Shown piece after piece: positions 1-15,500 of a DNA stretch of 64,000 nucleotides. The notes under the pieces are model-generated. The model was given only the letters and a program-made list of their open reading frames with translations, was not told where the DNA came from and did not search any database. This DNA is from Rhizophagus irregularis (Eukaryota). How positions within the stretch are numbered: position 1 is the first letter of the stretch; each line of letters starts with the position of its first letter. A program made the translations under genes and the position numbers. The DNA lies in NCBI RefSeq assembly GCF_026210795.1, contig NC_089431.1, forward strand, positions 4,836,001-4,900,000, written 5' to 3'.

Positions 1-1259
1 TTAATAATTGCCACGGTACGAGATTGATCATCACAAATATTATGAAATTTTTTAGGGGTAAATCCATCACGAGATCCACGAAAAATTAATTTAAACTCAT
101 AAAGATTTTTCATCGCATGCTCAACCTTTAACTTATCGATCCATTTTGAAATTAATACTGCATGTTGAATTGTAATAATTTTTGAATCAATAATTATCTG
201 TGATTCTAACTTGATACTTGGGTTATAATCATTATTGATTTCATGACTAACCTTAACTGTCTGTAGTTCTAATTTGCTGATTGGGTTATAGTCATTATTA
301 TTCATTTTATAACTGATTTCTTTAACCTCTTGTGGCTTTAATTTATTACTTGGATTATAATCGTTATTCAAAAACCATTTATTTAAGTTTTCATATAACC
401 TTTCAGGCATAATCATTTTATAAGGATATACTTTGTTTAAAAATTCCTTAGAAGTAAATTTAATAAATTTGATAAAAGGAATACATTGTTGCAAAGTATT
501 CTTTAAGGCGACAAAATCATCGTTTGAATAACTTAAAGGATCAGAAGAAAGTCCAGGATTCTGAGCAATACCCCATTTAAACACATGTTCCCAAATTTGA
601 ACTTCACTTATTTGTAGGTTATCATTTTGAATAATTGAGATTAAAGATTTTTCTGAAATTGAAGTGAAATCAGGTGAATTGAATATTTTTTCTGGTTCTT
701 TAGACATTAATTTTGTACAAAACTTTTGAAGTTCCAAGAAGGCATCATTTTCAAAGCTAATCTGATATATCAAACTAAAATTTTGTTCCATCCAGCTTGC
801 TTTATTATTAATTAAAAATGATTGTAAACGAGGAATCAATTCGTGAAGACTTAGTTCACTTGCGGTGACTAAAACCTTAATGATATCTAAAGTATCACAT
901 TCATCCAACGAAAGTTTTCCTCCATAAATATATCTATAAAACGTTTATAAAAAATTAAAAATAAATTCATAGGAATCATTTACTTATACATACATAAATT
1001 AATTAATTTACCTTAAAATTATTTGAAAAATTTCTGGTAAAATATTTGATAATTTAATATTTACCAATGTTCCGTCATTTTCCTTTTTATTTGTTGATAA
1101 AATTCTTCGCAAATAAGGAGAACGATAATTTAAAATAACCATATGAGCACGAAATACTTTTACGTAAGGGTCATTACCAACTTCAATTGTAATGTCATAA
1201 TATTCGTCATCATCCAAAATTTCGAGTAAATTTTGTGATAATTTTGGTAATAATTCCAT
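1..1259 (-). CDS. BTB/POZ-BACK-TLDc domain protein, 3' end runs off the window. Exon 1 1259-1012, exon 2 933-<1.
   Basis: BTB motif YYDITIEVGNDPYVKVFRAHMVILNYRS. GT-AG intron 1011-934. Exon 2 reads YIYGGKLSL... through to the TLDc start FKLIFRGSRDGFTPKKFH. Confidence 0.85.
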
Positions 1260-1424
1260 TATAATCGTTAGAAAGAAAAAAAAAATTTTTTTAAGGCTGA
1301 ACCTTATATAGTACTAATAGTAGCACAATTCCTAAAATTAATTAGTATGGCTGCAGATCATAAATCTTAGATCATCATTTTCAATTTTAAAAATTTATTC
1401 ATTCAGAAAATATACAATATCAAT

Positions 1425-3064
1425 TTTTTATATAATCTGAAATACTTCATATTCTTCTATAGAAAAAGTACCATTGTTTCTCTGATCAATTTTTCATAAG
1501 ATCTTTTTCTACAATAATTTTAATTATTATTATTATAAAAATCATAATCGTTCTTTACAGAAACTTCAAGATCGTAGCGATGGCTTAATGCGCAGTAACT
1601 GCGTTATAAATACATAGTGACCACATTATGTAATCGTAAAGAAATTACATATATGTAGTTACTGTGCATTAAGCCATCGCTACGATCTTGAAGTTTCTGT
1701 AAAGTTACTAGAACTTCTATACATTATAAGATCTCCATAACCAAATGATGAACCATAACGATTCCAATAATTCATAGCATTTTTTTCATCTTTTACTCAA
1801 CTTATAATATGATCATTAATATTTTTTTTATTCGTAAAAGAAAATATGAAACTATCTTTAGTAATACCGTAACCACTAGACTTCCACTCAATTGGATTAT
1901 ATCCTCAAAGAATTTTATCACTATTTTTTACCTTAATAATTGTTACAGTACGAAATTGATAATCAAAATTTCATGAAATTTTTTAGGCATAAATCCATCA
2001 CGAGAACCACGAAGAATTAATTTGGAATTCATATAAATTTTTTGTTTTGTCTGTAATTTCCAATCTATCAATCCATTTTGAGATTAATTCAACATGTTGA
2101 ATTGTAATAATTTTTGAATCAATGTTTTCATGATCAATCTCTTTGATTATCTCTAGTTGTGGCTTGCTATTATGATTACAATCGTGAACCAAAAAATATT
2201 TTATTAAATTTTCATACATCTCTTTAGGAATTACCTTTTTATATGGATATACTTTGTTGAGAAATTCTTTTAAGGTTAATTTGAAGAATTTAATAAAAGG
2301 GATACATTGTTTTAAAGTATTCCTTAAAATATTAAAATCACCCTTTGAAAAGTTCGAAGGGGTCTAATGAAAGTTCGGGATTTGAGCAATACCCCATTTA
2401 AGTGCATATTCCCAAATTTGAACTATACTCATTTGAACATTATCATTTTGAATAATTGAGATTAAAGATTTTTCTGAAATTGAAGTAAAATCAGGTGAAT
2501 CAAAAATTTTCTCAGGTTCTTTAGAAATTAATTTTATACAAAACTTTCGAAGTTCTAAGAAAGATTCATTTTCAAAGCTCGGTTTGTATATTAAACTAAA
2601 ATTTTGTATCATCCAATCTACTTTGTTTTCAATCAAAAAGAATTGTAAATGAGGAATTAATTCATGAGGACTTAATTCACTTGCAGCGATTAAAATTTTA
2701 ACGATGTCTAAAGTATCACACTCTTTCAACGAAAGTTTTCCACAATAAATATACCTTAAGAATAAAAAATGGATTAAATCAAACATTTAAAGAATTAACT
2801 TTTAAATTAATTAATTTACCTTAATATCATTTGAAAAATTTCAGGTAAAATATTTGGTAATTTAATTTCCATCATTTTTCTTTTCATTTGTTGATAAAAC
2901 TCTTCATAAATAAGGAGACCTATAATTTAAGATAACCATATGAGCATGGAAATACTTTTACGTAAGGATCATTACCAACTTCAATTGATATATCATAATA
3001 ATTTCATCATCTGAGATTTCTAATAATTTTGTGCCAATTTTGTTAAAAACTTATTTTCAGCCAT
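1425..3064 (-). pseudogene. BTB-BACK-TLDc pseudogene with frameshifts, stops and a MITE insertion
   Basis: Fragment ORFs 2364-2786 and 1998-2219 are paralogous to the neighbouring genes. Exon 1 and the TLDc part are broken by stops and indels. Confidence 0.85.
1553..1704. mobile_element. 152-bp MITE with ~50-bp terminal inverted repeats and a 2-bp TT target duplication
   Basis: ctttacagaaacttcaagatcgtagcgatggcttaatgcgcagtaact... pairs with ...agttactgtgcattaagccatcgctacgatcttgaagtttctgtaaag. It is flanked by tt on both sides. Removing it restores the TLDc frame (SSNDYDFYN). Confidence 0.85.
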
Positions 3065-5497
3065 TTATAATGTTACGTGAAGAATTAAGTTAAAAAGAAA
3101 AAAAATATAACCAAACCTATACCGACCAACTTTATATATTAACACGGTTATAACTTCCTGAATTGGAAATTAACCGTCCGTTCGATCATCATATATATGC
3201 ACCGGTTAAAATTTGAGGAAATAAACAAAAACTTCACTAGATAATTGCTTACATATTATTTATTTTTTTTATTTAGAAATTTGTTTTATTATCAATTATA
3301 AATTTAAGAGGACCATGAAAAAGAATAAATAGATAAAATAAAGTAAATCTCGTTAAAAAAGAGATAAAGTTAATTTTTTCCTCTCCAGATTAAACATTTT
3401 TTTAAGTACCATATAAAAATACTTAAAAAAATATAATAAACTCATTATACTGCACAATTTAGCTTAATTACTTTACGACTTTTTGATCTTCAGGTTCAAT
3501 ATTTCCTTGGTCGTTACGTGCCATAATACACACAAAGAAGATGGTTTCTTGCTTTTTTTTTCTTCCCCTCATTTGTCTTTAATTTTCTTTTCGTTACTTC
3601 TCAAAGTTGAGTAAAAAAACTTACCCAAATCGCGATTGGAAAAAATCAAAAACAAATATAGATTTTTCTCTCGTTTCGCTGGGCAGAAAAGAAACAAAAA
3701 AAATGAATAAATTTTTGTCGGATTATCGAGCGGCAAAATAAATCCTTTAAATTAGTGAATCAAGTCAACTATGATCATTGATCGAGAAAGCTAAATTTTG
3801 TTCGATCAAATCATTGATCCCGAATTTTTCAGTCACATAAATTGATTTTTAAAATTAGAATTATTAAGATATAATGATTTTTATTTTAAAATAATCACTG
3901 CGAGTATAGTTTGAATTTAGACACAAACTGATAAAGTAAATATAATTTGCGATATCGTAACTCATTATTTCACTGATCTATGATCTATTTGAAATAATTA
4001 AATAATTTCAATTCGTATTTTTGTTTATCTTGTATAACAAAAAAATTGTTTAATCTTCTGATGAAATAGGATGAGTTTTTTTTTAAAATGGATTTTATGT
4101 GACGTGCTTAATTGCTTCAATAAAAACAAATATTCTTACAAATCACAATTCTCAATAATATTTATATCGAAAAAAATAAAATTGTTATTCTCTCATAACT
4201 TTTATCCTCCCGTTCATTTTTTAGTAATATTTCTCTAAACTTTTACTATATTTCATGATGACGATCTGTGTCATAACTTTCTTTAGTATTAATAAAATGG
4301 CCTAATCTTAATTCATACTCTTCTAACTTGTTTTCATTGTAAGTTCCATGAATTATATTCTTTTCGTACATTAAACTATTCTATAGTTTAGACTATATAA
4401 TAATTACTTTATTATTAATTGAAATTTAAAGGTTAATTAACTACAGGAAGCGTATCAAATTCACGTGATCATAATGTTGACCAGAACTATTTATTTAAAT
4501 TTAGTCAGAACTACCGGAATCAATGGGCTCAAACCATATAATAAATTGTTCATAATTTTAGTGATTGTATACTAATTAAATGTATTTATTCAAACAAAAA
4601 ATATATTTATCTCAGTTATTTAGCAGCAATGATCCGATTCAAACCTAAGAGATGAAGAAACGAAAAAAAAATTATTAAAGGAAAAAGTTAGTAAAAAAAA
4701 ATAAATAAAAAAAGAAGAAACGGCGCCTCAGTATCAATTTTTTCTATCCAACGATAGGAACGAAAAAGAACTTATTAAGGGAAAAAATTAGTAAAAAAAA
4801 AAATAAATAAACGGGAAAAAAAGGGCTAATCCGATTACCGATCCCACCCTAAATGGTGGTAGAATGAAAAAAAAGGGAAAAAAAATTTCAGTTTGAAAAA
4901 AAAAAAGTGAAAAAGGAAAATTAAAAATATTAAATATTTGAAAGAAAAATTCTCCACTTCACACCAAAAAATCAAAAATCAGGAAAAAAATTTTGTGTTA
5001 ATCCTATTCGTAATGAGTAGGGTTACGACATCAATCAACGCCTAAACTATCTAATTCAGTTGCAAAAAAAAAAATAAAAAAAGAAAAAAAAACCGAAAAA
5101 GGAAAAATTTAAAAATACTAAATTTCATAAAGTCCATCGGAATGTGCACATGCCACATGATAATAAATACGAGTGCAGCATGTCACGCCTTTTGTAAGTT
5201 TTTCTTTAAGGGTTTTAGGGTTTGTTGTGTATGCGTACAAAAAAAAATTTGAAACTATTGTCACGAGTTTTCATATAGCGGCACGACCGGCACGTATTTC
5301 ATGTTAAATAATATAACTAATCCGCCGTCGAAGTTACAAATAATTTGAATTATGTAAGTTACTTTTATTACTTATCCATAATAAGTTTATTAGTTATCGA
5401 AGATAGTAGTTTTATTTGTATGTCTATGTTTATTGCGGTGAATTTAATCAAAAATAACTACACATTTAATACGATAGAAAAAAAAAATAACTGTACA

Positions 5498-7442
5498 TCA
5501 ATTTTGTTTTATAACCTGAAATATTTCAAAATCTTCTATAGAAAAACATTCATTGGTTTTTCTAATCGGTTTTTCATAGGAACTCATTTTACAATAATTA
5601 CTATTACCATCGTAAAAATTGTCATAATTTCCGGGACCTCCATGCATTATAAGATCTCCATAACCAAATGATGGACCATAACGACTCCCATAATTTATGG
5701 CATTCTTTTCACTTTTTACTCGACTTATAATGTGATCATTAATACTTTCTTTATTCGTAAAAGAAAATATAAAACTATCCTTAGTATTACCGTAACCAAA
5801 ATCAGATTTCCATTCAACCGGATTATATCCTCCAAGAATTTCATTACTATATTTCACTTTCATTATTGTTAATGTATCGGATTGATTATCGCAAATTTTA
5901 TGGAATTTTTTAGGCGTAAATCCATCGCGAGATCCCCGAAATAATAATTTGAATATATAATTTTGTTTACGTGTAAATATAAATTTCGAAACTAAATTAT
6001 AAGTGGTTGAGCTTTTCACAATATCTACTTTATCAATCCACTTTACAATTAATTCAGCATGTTGACTTGAAATTATTTGAGATTTTGATTGAACCTCTTT
6101 TGTCATCTGAGGATCTGGTTGTATTTGATTTGTCTCTTCAGCCATCAAAGGTTTTGATTGATTCGCCTTGGTTTCATTTTGAGATTTCGGTTGAATTTGA
6201 TTAGTCTCTTCGGCCATCAAAGGTTTTGATTGATTCGCTTTGGTTTCTTTCTTAGGTCTCGGTTGAATTAGATTTGTCTCCTCAGCCATCAAAGGTTTTG
6301 ATTGATTCACTTTGATTTCTTTCTTAGGTCTCGGTTGAAGTTGATTTGTCACTTCAGCCATCAAAGGTTTTGATTGAGTACCTTTAGTTTCTTCAATCTT
6401 CTCAAGTCCTACTTGAATCGGTTCAGTCTCATTTGTTGTTGTAAAAGTATTTAGATTGTTTTTAGATTCCAAAAAATAGATAATTAAATTTTCATATAAA
6501 TTTTCAGGTATAACCTTTTTATAAGGATATACTTTATCTAAAAATTCTTTAGGAGTGAATCTAGTAAATTTAATAAAAGGAATAAAATTTTGTAAAATAT
6601 TTTTTAAAATAATAAAATCATCATTTGAATAATTTGAAAAAGGTTTAGAAGAAAGTTTTAAATTTTGTTTTATACCCCATTCAAGAATATAATCCCAAAT
6701 TTGTACTTCATTCATTTTAATAATAATATTAATATGAATATTAATATTATTATAATTATTATTAATATTATCTTCTTTATCTTTTAAGATTGTTAATAAA
6801 AGATCTTCTGATATAGAAAAAGTATTTAATGATTTTAATATTTTATCAGGATTTTTAATTATAAAATCTTTACAATAATTTTGTAATTTTAAAAATGAAT
6901 CATTTTCATAACTCATTTGATAAATTAAATCAAAATTTTGTTCCATCCAATTTTCTTTATTTTCAATTAAGTAAGATTCTAAATATGGGATTATTTCTTG
7001 TAATCCAAGTTCTTTTGATGTTTTTAAAATTTTAATTATATCAGAAGAATCATAATCTTTTAAAGAAAGTTTTCCACTATAAATATATCTAAAAAAAAGT
7101 AAAGAATTTTTTTTTTACGTAAGTAAAAAAAATAAAATATAATTGAAATAATGACTTTTTTTGAAAAAAAAAAATTTTTTTTCACCTTAAGATTATTTGA
7201 AAAATTTCAGGTAAGATATTTGATAATCTAATATTTATTAAGGTTCCATCATTTTTCTTTTTAATTGTTGATAAAATTTTTTTAAAATAAGGAGAACGAT
7301 GATTTAAGATAACTCTATGGGCGTAAAATATTTTAACGCAAGGGTTGTTACCAACTTCAATTATAATATCATGATATTCTTCATCATTTAAAATTTCAAG
7401 TAAATTTTGTGATAATTTTGGTAATAATTTATTTTGAACCAT
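5498..7442 (-). CDS. BTB-BACK-TLDc protein with an internal 21-aa repeat linker, 2 exons
   Basis: BTB exon about 7442-7186, then an intron, then exon 2 about 7088-5498 with BACK (EVQIWDYILEWG) and TLDc (LLFRGSRDGF, ILGGYNP, GPSFG). Confidence 0.9.
6110..6395 (-). repeat. Coding tandem repeat, about 4.5 x 63 bp (KETKANQSKPLMAEETNQIQP-like)
   Basis: gccatcaaaggttttgattga recurs at 63-bp spacing and the repeat is visible in the translation. Confidence 0.9.
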
Positions 7443-8038
7443 TGTTGTTTACCATTTATTATTGTCGTTATTATTGTATCGTTATTATTGTTGTTATTAT
7501 TGAAAAAAAAAATGTTTATAGAGCGAGTTAATGAAGAATTGATAGAGTGAAAAAATTGATTTAATGCCTAAAATGGAATTGAATGAAAGAGCTTATAAAG
7601 TTAATTTATCAAAAATAGTTAATTTATAATTTAATGAATTTAATGGAAATATTTATTATTAATAATTCCGATTACATTCATTGATGATTCGAAAAAATTG
7701 TTGAAAATAGAAAATTTTCAACTATAAAATCACGTGCATTTAATCATTCGATCTTCGAGATCTTCCTTTTACATTGCGTCATTGACATAATAAGGAGTTA
7801 TACTGCTAAATTTTTTAAAAAATAGGGAGTAGTAGTACCCTTTGATTTAATAAGTAGATCTTAGCGAGTTAGCGTTGTCAAATTAGTCAGTTAGTCAATG
7901 AATAATATTAGCTATAAATAAAATTTTTTTAGGCATAAATGACTATTTTATTGGTTATCATTATAATAAAAAATAATTTTTTTGTAATACATTCTGTAAT
8001 AATAATTATCTGTTGTACAAAAAAAAAAAAATTTTTAT

Positions 8039-10051
<2,013 letters not shown>

Positions 10052-11879
10052 TTTTTTTGTAAAAAAAAAAAAAGAATTAATGAATTAATTTAGTAAAGAA
10101 GAATAGGCTTTAAATAAATAAATCTCTCCTTGTAGAATTTCTTGTATTTCTATTAAGCTAAATTGTTTCAAAAATATTTCTCATAATGAGAATGTTTTAC
10201 AAAAGAAAGGTCGATCCAGTAAGGAGTTCACGACGATCCATAACTTTTAAAATTTTCCTATATAAGTATTAAAGCTAAAAAAATTTTTTTAAAGCCTAAT
10301 TATATTTGAAACATCCGAAATAATTCCAAATTTTTTCATAATTTAAGAATTATAGAATACAGAATCTTGCAAATGAAAATGCCGAAAATTAATTATTCGA
10401 AACAAGTAATATTGAAAAAAGTAATTATTATATATGCATGTGCTACCAAAAATTAAATTACGATGATCAACAACTATAAAAAGTTTAAGTTTAGACATTT
10501 GGCGCACCTTTAAAATTTTTTACATTGGTTTAATCAATGATCATCAAGGGTAATTTAATAGCCAGTTATCGACAAATTCTGTCTGAGTGGTACCAAAATT
10601 TCAACAGCATCACCAAAGGGGATCAATCAAGCAATATAGTGACTAGTGAGTCAGAGATTCACCCTCCTAAGAGTTAATACACTGGACAATCTACAACTTG
10701 TAAAGCATAATACTACAATAAAAAACAAATTCCTTTTTTATTTTTCCATTAAATATCTAAGATATTGTATTAAAATTATAATACTATTATAATTATGAAT
10801 TTTTCCAATCAATCTTAAAAGAACGCAAAGGTAAAAGGAATAACGATCATTTTATTAATTTATTATATTTAATATTTTGCTCATTACATTCGTCATATTT
10901 ACTACTTATATTTGCCTGTTATTTATAGTTCAATTATATATCGTATATACTAGTTATAAACGTAAATATTAATTTTATAAGAATTTTTTAATCTTCAGTT
11001 CTTCCTTTCGTTCTGATAAAAGAAATGCTAAAATTATATGTTTACATAATAAATTACGAAATATATAAAATTCGTTCAATATTGGATAACAACGCTAAAC
11101 TTGAAAGATTTTTCAAAGTAGCACAAGGACTTTTAAACCGTATAATATACAAATGAAGTTAAAAAAAGTTAATTAAAATACAAAGCACACATAAAATATA
11201 CAGTATAATATGAATAAGAAATATTTTCAACACATTACAACCTTATGTAAGGTAGTAAATACACAGTATATAATGTCGCCAAATTTATTATTTTAGTGTA
11301 TAGTATAAAATTATCAATAATAATAAAATAAAATTTAAAGAAAAATTTTATCGACAGAATCAGATGTTATACAAATCCTCATTTATTATTTTATTCATTT
11401 GAAGTCTTGGGCCGAATGAAGTTAGAGTCATAATCGCTATATTCTTAAACTATTGTTTAAATAATATGATTAAAAGATTTGTTAATCGGTATGGTCGGAC
11501 GAAATGCTAAAAATGGAATGGTCAAATTCAATGACAAGGATTATAGATTGGAAATTGTTCGTCTTTGTAGTTAAATTTAATTTTAAATTTAACGTTAAAT
11601 TTTAAATTTGCCTTGTCAGGAATAAATTCATGACCACCCATCCACACATCAAATAAAGCCATAAATGGTGATAATAAATATTGTCAATATGAAAATCTTT
11701 ATCGATAATGTGATTACATAATAACTAGGAAAAGGAAACCGTTAAAGTCCTTCGCGTCAGTATTGCTTAATATAAACAAGTGAACTATTTACTGTGATTT
11801 GTAACATAAATATTTTATTGTACATTTAAATTTTTTTTAATTTGGTTACATCAAGCAATTAATTAATATATATATTCAT

Positions 11880-11950
11880 TTTAGTAAGTACATTTGTACT
11901 TGTACATCAAAATAGAATAAAGTTAGAAGACTTTGGTTTATCAAGAAAAA
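11880..11950 (+). pseudogene. Short kinase relic (subdomain VIb-VII)
   Basis: gtacttgtacatcaaaatagaataaagttagaagactttggtttatca translates as VLVHQNRIKLEDFGLS. Confidence 0.5.
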
Positions 11951-12558
11951 AAATGCCTTGTATAATCCAGCAGATATCAATGGTGTAGTTTCTTATCAAA
12001 ATATTTAAATAATATTAAAAATAAAAGTCAACAAATATAAATTAAGTATAATCAGCTATTGAAATAAGTATAAAACAGTTTCATTATCATTAGAAATGGT
12101 TTTATATTATTATTTTGATAATTTATATCTCATAATTGGAAAAGTTATAAAAAAAAGATTTATTTAAATTACAAACTAAGAAACTTGTAAAATATTTTCT
12201 ACTCTAATCTTAGTGTTCAAATAATTCTAAGTATAATAAAAAAACGTGAATATAAGCTAAAAAAAAAGAATTATCTAAATTACAAACTAAGAAACTTGTA
12301 AAATATTTCACTACTCTAGCCTTAGTGTTTAAATAAATTTAAAAAGAATAAAATAAAAAAAACAATTTCTTTGAATGTTGTAATGTAAAATATCACTTAA
12401 AAAAACTATAAATTTTTTTAAAAACGAACAATGATTGGTTAATTTTTATCTGCTTTAATATCTAAATAAAAAATTATTAAATAAAATTAATTTCACATAA
12501 ATAATTTGCAAGATTAATACTTTTATATATATAATACATACCTAATAACCCCAGACCC

Positions 12559-15500
12559 TTAATTATATATATAATCATTCAAATCTTCACTTACTAGCAT
12601 TTCATTTGCTTTTACACTAGCTTGTGAATCTTCACTTTCAGGAATTTCATTCAACTTTTTACTAGTACTCTCGTCTGTTTTAATAATTAAATAAATAAAT
12701 TAATTTCATATAAATAATTTGCAAGATTAATTTTTTTTATATATTATAGTATATACCTAATGACCTCGAATCTCTGATTAAACAATCATTCAATTCTGAA
12801 TGACTTGCATGATATGCTTTTTCACTTTCAAGAATTTCATTCAATTTTTTACTAGTAAAATCAAGTAAACGACTTTTAAAACAAGCTTTAGGATGAGATC
12901 TAGTAGCAAGATTTTTATGCCCAATTGGTGCATTTATAAATTCCATAATGTTGCTTTTTAATTCTTCATTAATATCTTCAACTTTCACTTTATATGGGAG
13001 AAAATTCCATTTTTCAATAATTTCAAATACTTCTTTAGAAGATGGTCTTTTTAGTGGATCTTCATTCCAACATTTTTTCATTAAATCTACATAACATTGT
13101 GGAGTATTTTCAATAATTTCAGGACGTTCACCTTTACAAATACTTAAACTAAGATGAATATCATGTGCTCTATTATTAAATGGTGGTATTCCAGATGTAA
13201 ATTCCCACATAATCATAGAAAAACTATATATATCACTAGCTGGAGTATAAGATTTGCCTCTCAAAACTTCAGGTGCCATAAATGGTATAACACCATAAAT
13301 ATCATACTTTTTCAAAAACGATTTTACGGGTTGACATAATCCTAAATCACTAATATAAATTTTATCCTTATTCTCAACATTATGATTTAAAATATTACCA
13401 TCATGAAAATCACAATGAATAAGTTTTTCTTCATGTATATTATTAAGTCCAGAAATAATTTCGTACAACATATATAATTTTTGACTCCAATTATTTACAA
13501 CTATTCTTGTTAAATTTTCTCTTAAGTTACCTTTATTTGCATAATACATTACTACCATATATTTTGATGTATTTGGATCTTCTGTGAATCCATAAAATTC
13601 TATAATATCTTCTGAACTTAAAACACTTGTATGATATTCCCACTATAAAAAATAATAATAATTTATTAATATAAATAAATTAAAAATAGAAAATAATATA
13701 CTATCATACTTCTTTCAAAAATTCATTTAAATCTTCATTTAAATTCTTGTGACATTTAAGAATTACTTCTTCATCTTCTTCATCATCATCTTCTTCATCT
13801 TCTCCATTTCTATTATTCTTTAACCAAATAGCTTTGTATATAGTACCAAATCCTCCTTCATTAAAATATTCAACATTTTTAAATTTGTTATAAGGAAACC
13901 ATCTTAATCCTTTTTCAAGAATAAAATCGTCTATAATTGTATTACCACTTTTCCCAAATCTATAAATTTAATTAATTAAATTTATTATTATAGATTGATT
14001 ATAATTTATACATATAAATTATTACTTACTCTAAATTTAAATAGGAATTTAATGAATACAAGCCTTAATTTTTAGATAAATACATATAATAACCTATGAT
14101 TTACGATTTACAACTTACTGACTAAAGTGACAGATATTTTTCAAATAAAAGAATGAATTCAGTTAACAAATAAATATTATATAAAATATATAACTTTAGA
14201 GATACTTACAAGCTAGATCATAAACAATTTTAAATAAAGAAATTAGTTAGTTTAAATTATATGTAAATATTATAACAATAAGTAATAATAGAATTAAATA
14301 AATAACTTATAACTTACAATCTATTAAATAAAGAAATTAGTTAGTTTAAATTATATGTAAATATTATAACAATAAGTAATAATAGAATTAAGTAAATAAC
14401 TTACTCCCTATATTATTTAATAATTTTTTAAATAAAAAAATTAGTTAGTTTAAATTATATGTAAATATTATAACAATAAGTAATAATAGAATTAAATAAA
14501 TAACTTACCATCTATATTATTTAATAATTTTTTAAATAAAGAAATTAGTTAGTTTAAATTATATGTAAATATTATAACAATAAGTAATAATAGAATTAAA
14601 TAAATAACTTACTCTCTATATTATTTAATAATTTTTTAAATAAAGAAATTAGTTAGTTTAAATTATATGTAAATATTATAACAATAAGTAATAATAGAAT
14701 TAAATGAATAACTTATAACTTGCCAACTAAAATAAATTACAAAATAATTTTAAATAAAGAAATTAGTTAGTTTAAATTATATGTAAATATTATAACAATA
14801 AGTAATAATAGAATTAAATAAATAACTTACTCTCTATATTATTTATGTATTTTTAAATAAAGAAATTAGTTAGTTTAAATTATATGTAAATATTATAACA
14901 ATAAGTAATAATAGAATTAAATAAATAACTTACTCCCTATATTATTTAATAATTTTTTAAATAAAGAAATTAGTTAGTTTAAATTATATGTAAATATTAT
15001 AACAATAAGTAATAATAGAATTAAATAAATAACTTTTACTCTCTATATTATTTAATAATTTTTTAAATAAAGAAATTAGTTAGTTTAAATTATATGTAAA
15101 TATTATAACAATAAGTAATAATAGAATTAAATGAATAACTTATAACTTGCTAACTAAAATAAATTACAAAATAATTTTTAAATAAAGAAATTAGTTAGTT
15201 TAAATTATATGTAAATATTATAACAATAAGTAATAATAGAATTAAATAAATAACTTACTTCCCTATATTATTTAATATTTTTTTAAATAAAAGAAATTAA
15301 ATTTAGTTTAAATTATATGTAAATATTATAACAATAAGTAATAATAGAATTAAATAAAGCAACTTATAAACTTACAATCTATTAATAAAGAAATTAGTTA
15401 GTTTAAATTATATGTAAATATTATGTAATAAGTAATAATAGAATTAAATAAATAACTTATAACTTACAATCTATTAAATAAAGAAATTAGTTAGTTTAAA

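Noticed and set aside
5205..5223. Telomere-like ttaagggttttaggg
   Set aside because: Only two imperfect units.
5345..6204. Antisense or alternate-frame ORFs over real genes, also 13154, 29756, 30412, 34499, 40559, 41218, 45948
   Set aside because: They are shadow ORFs of the BTB-TLDc and kinase coding sequences.
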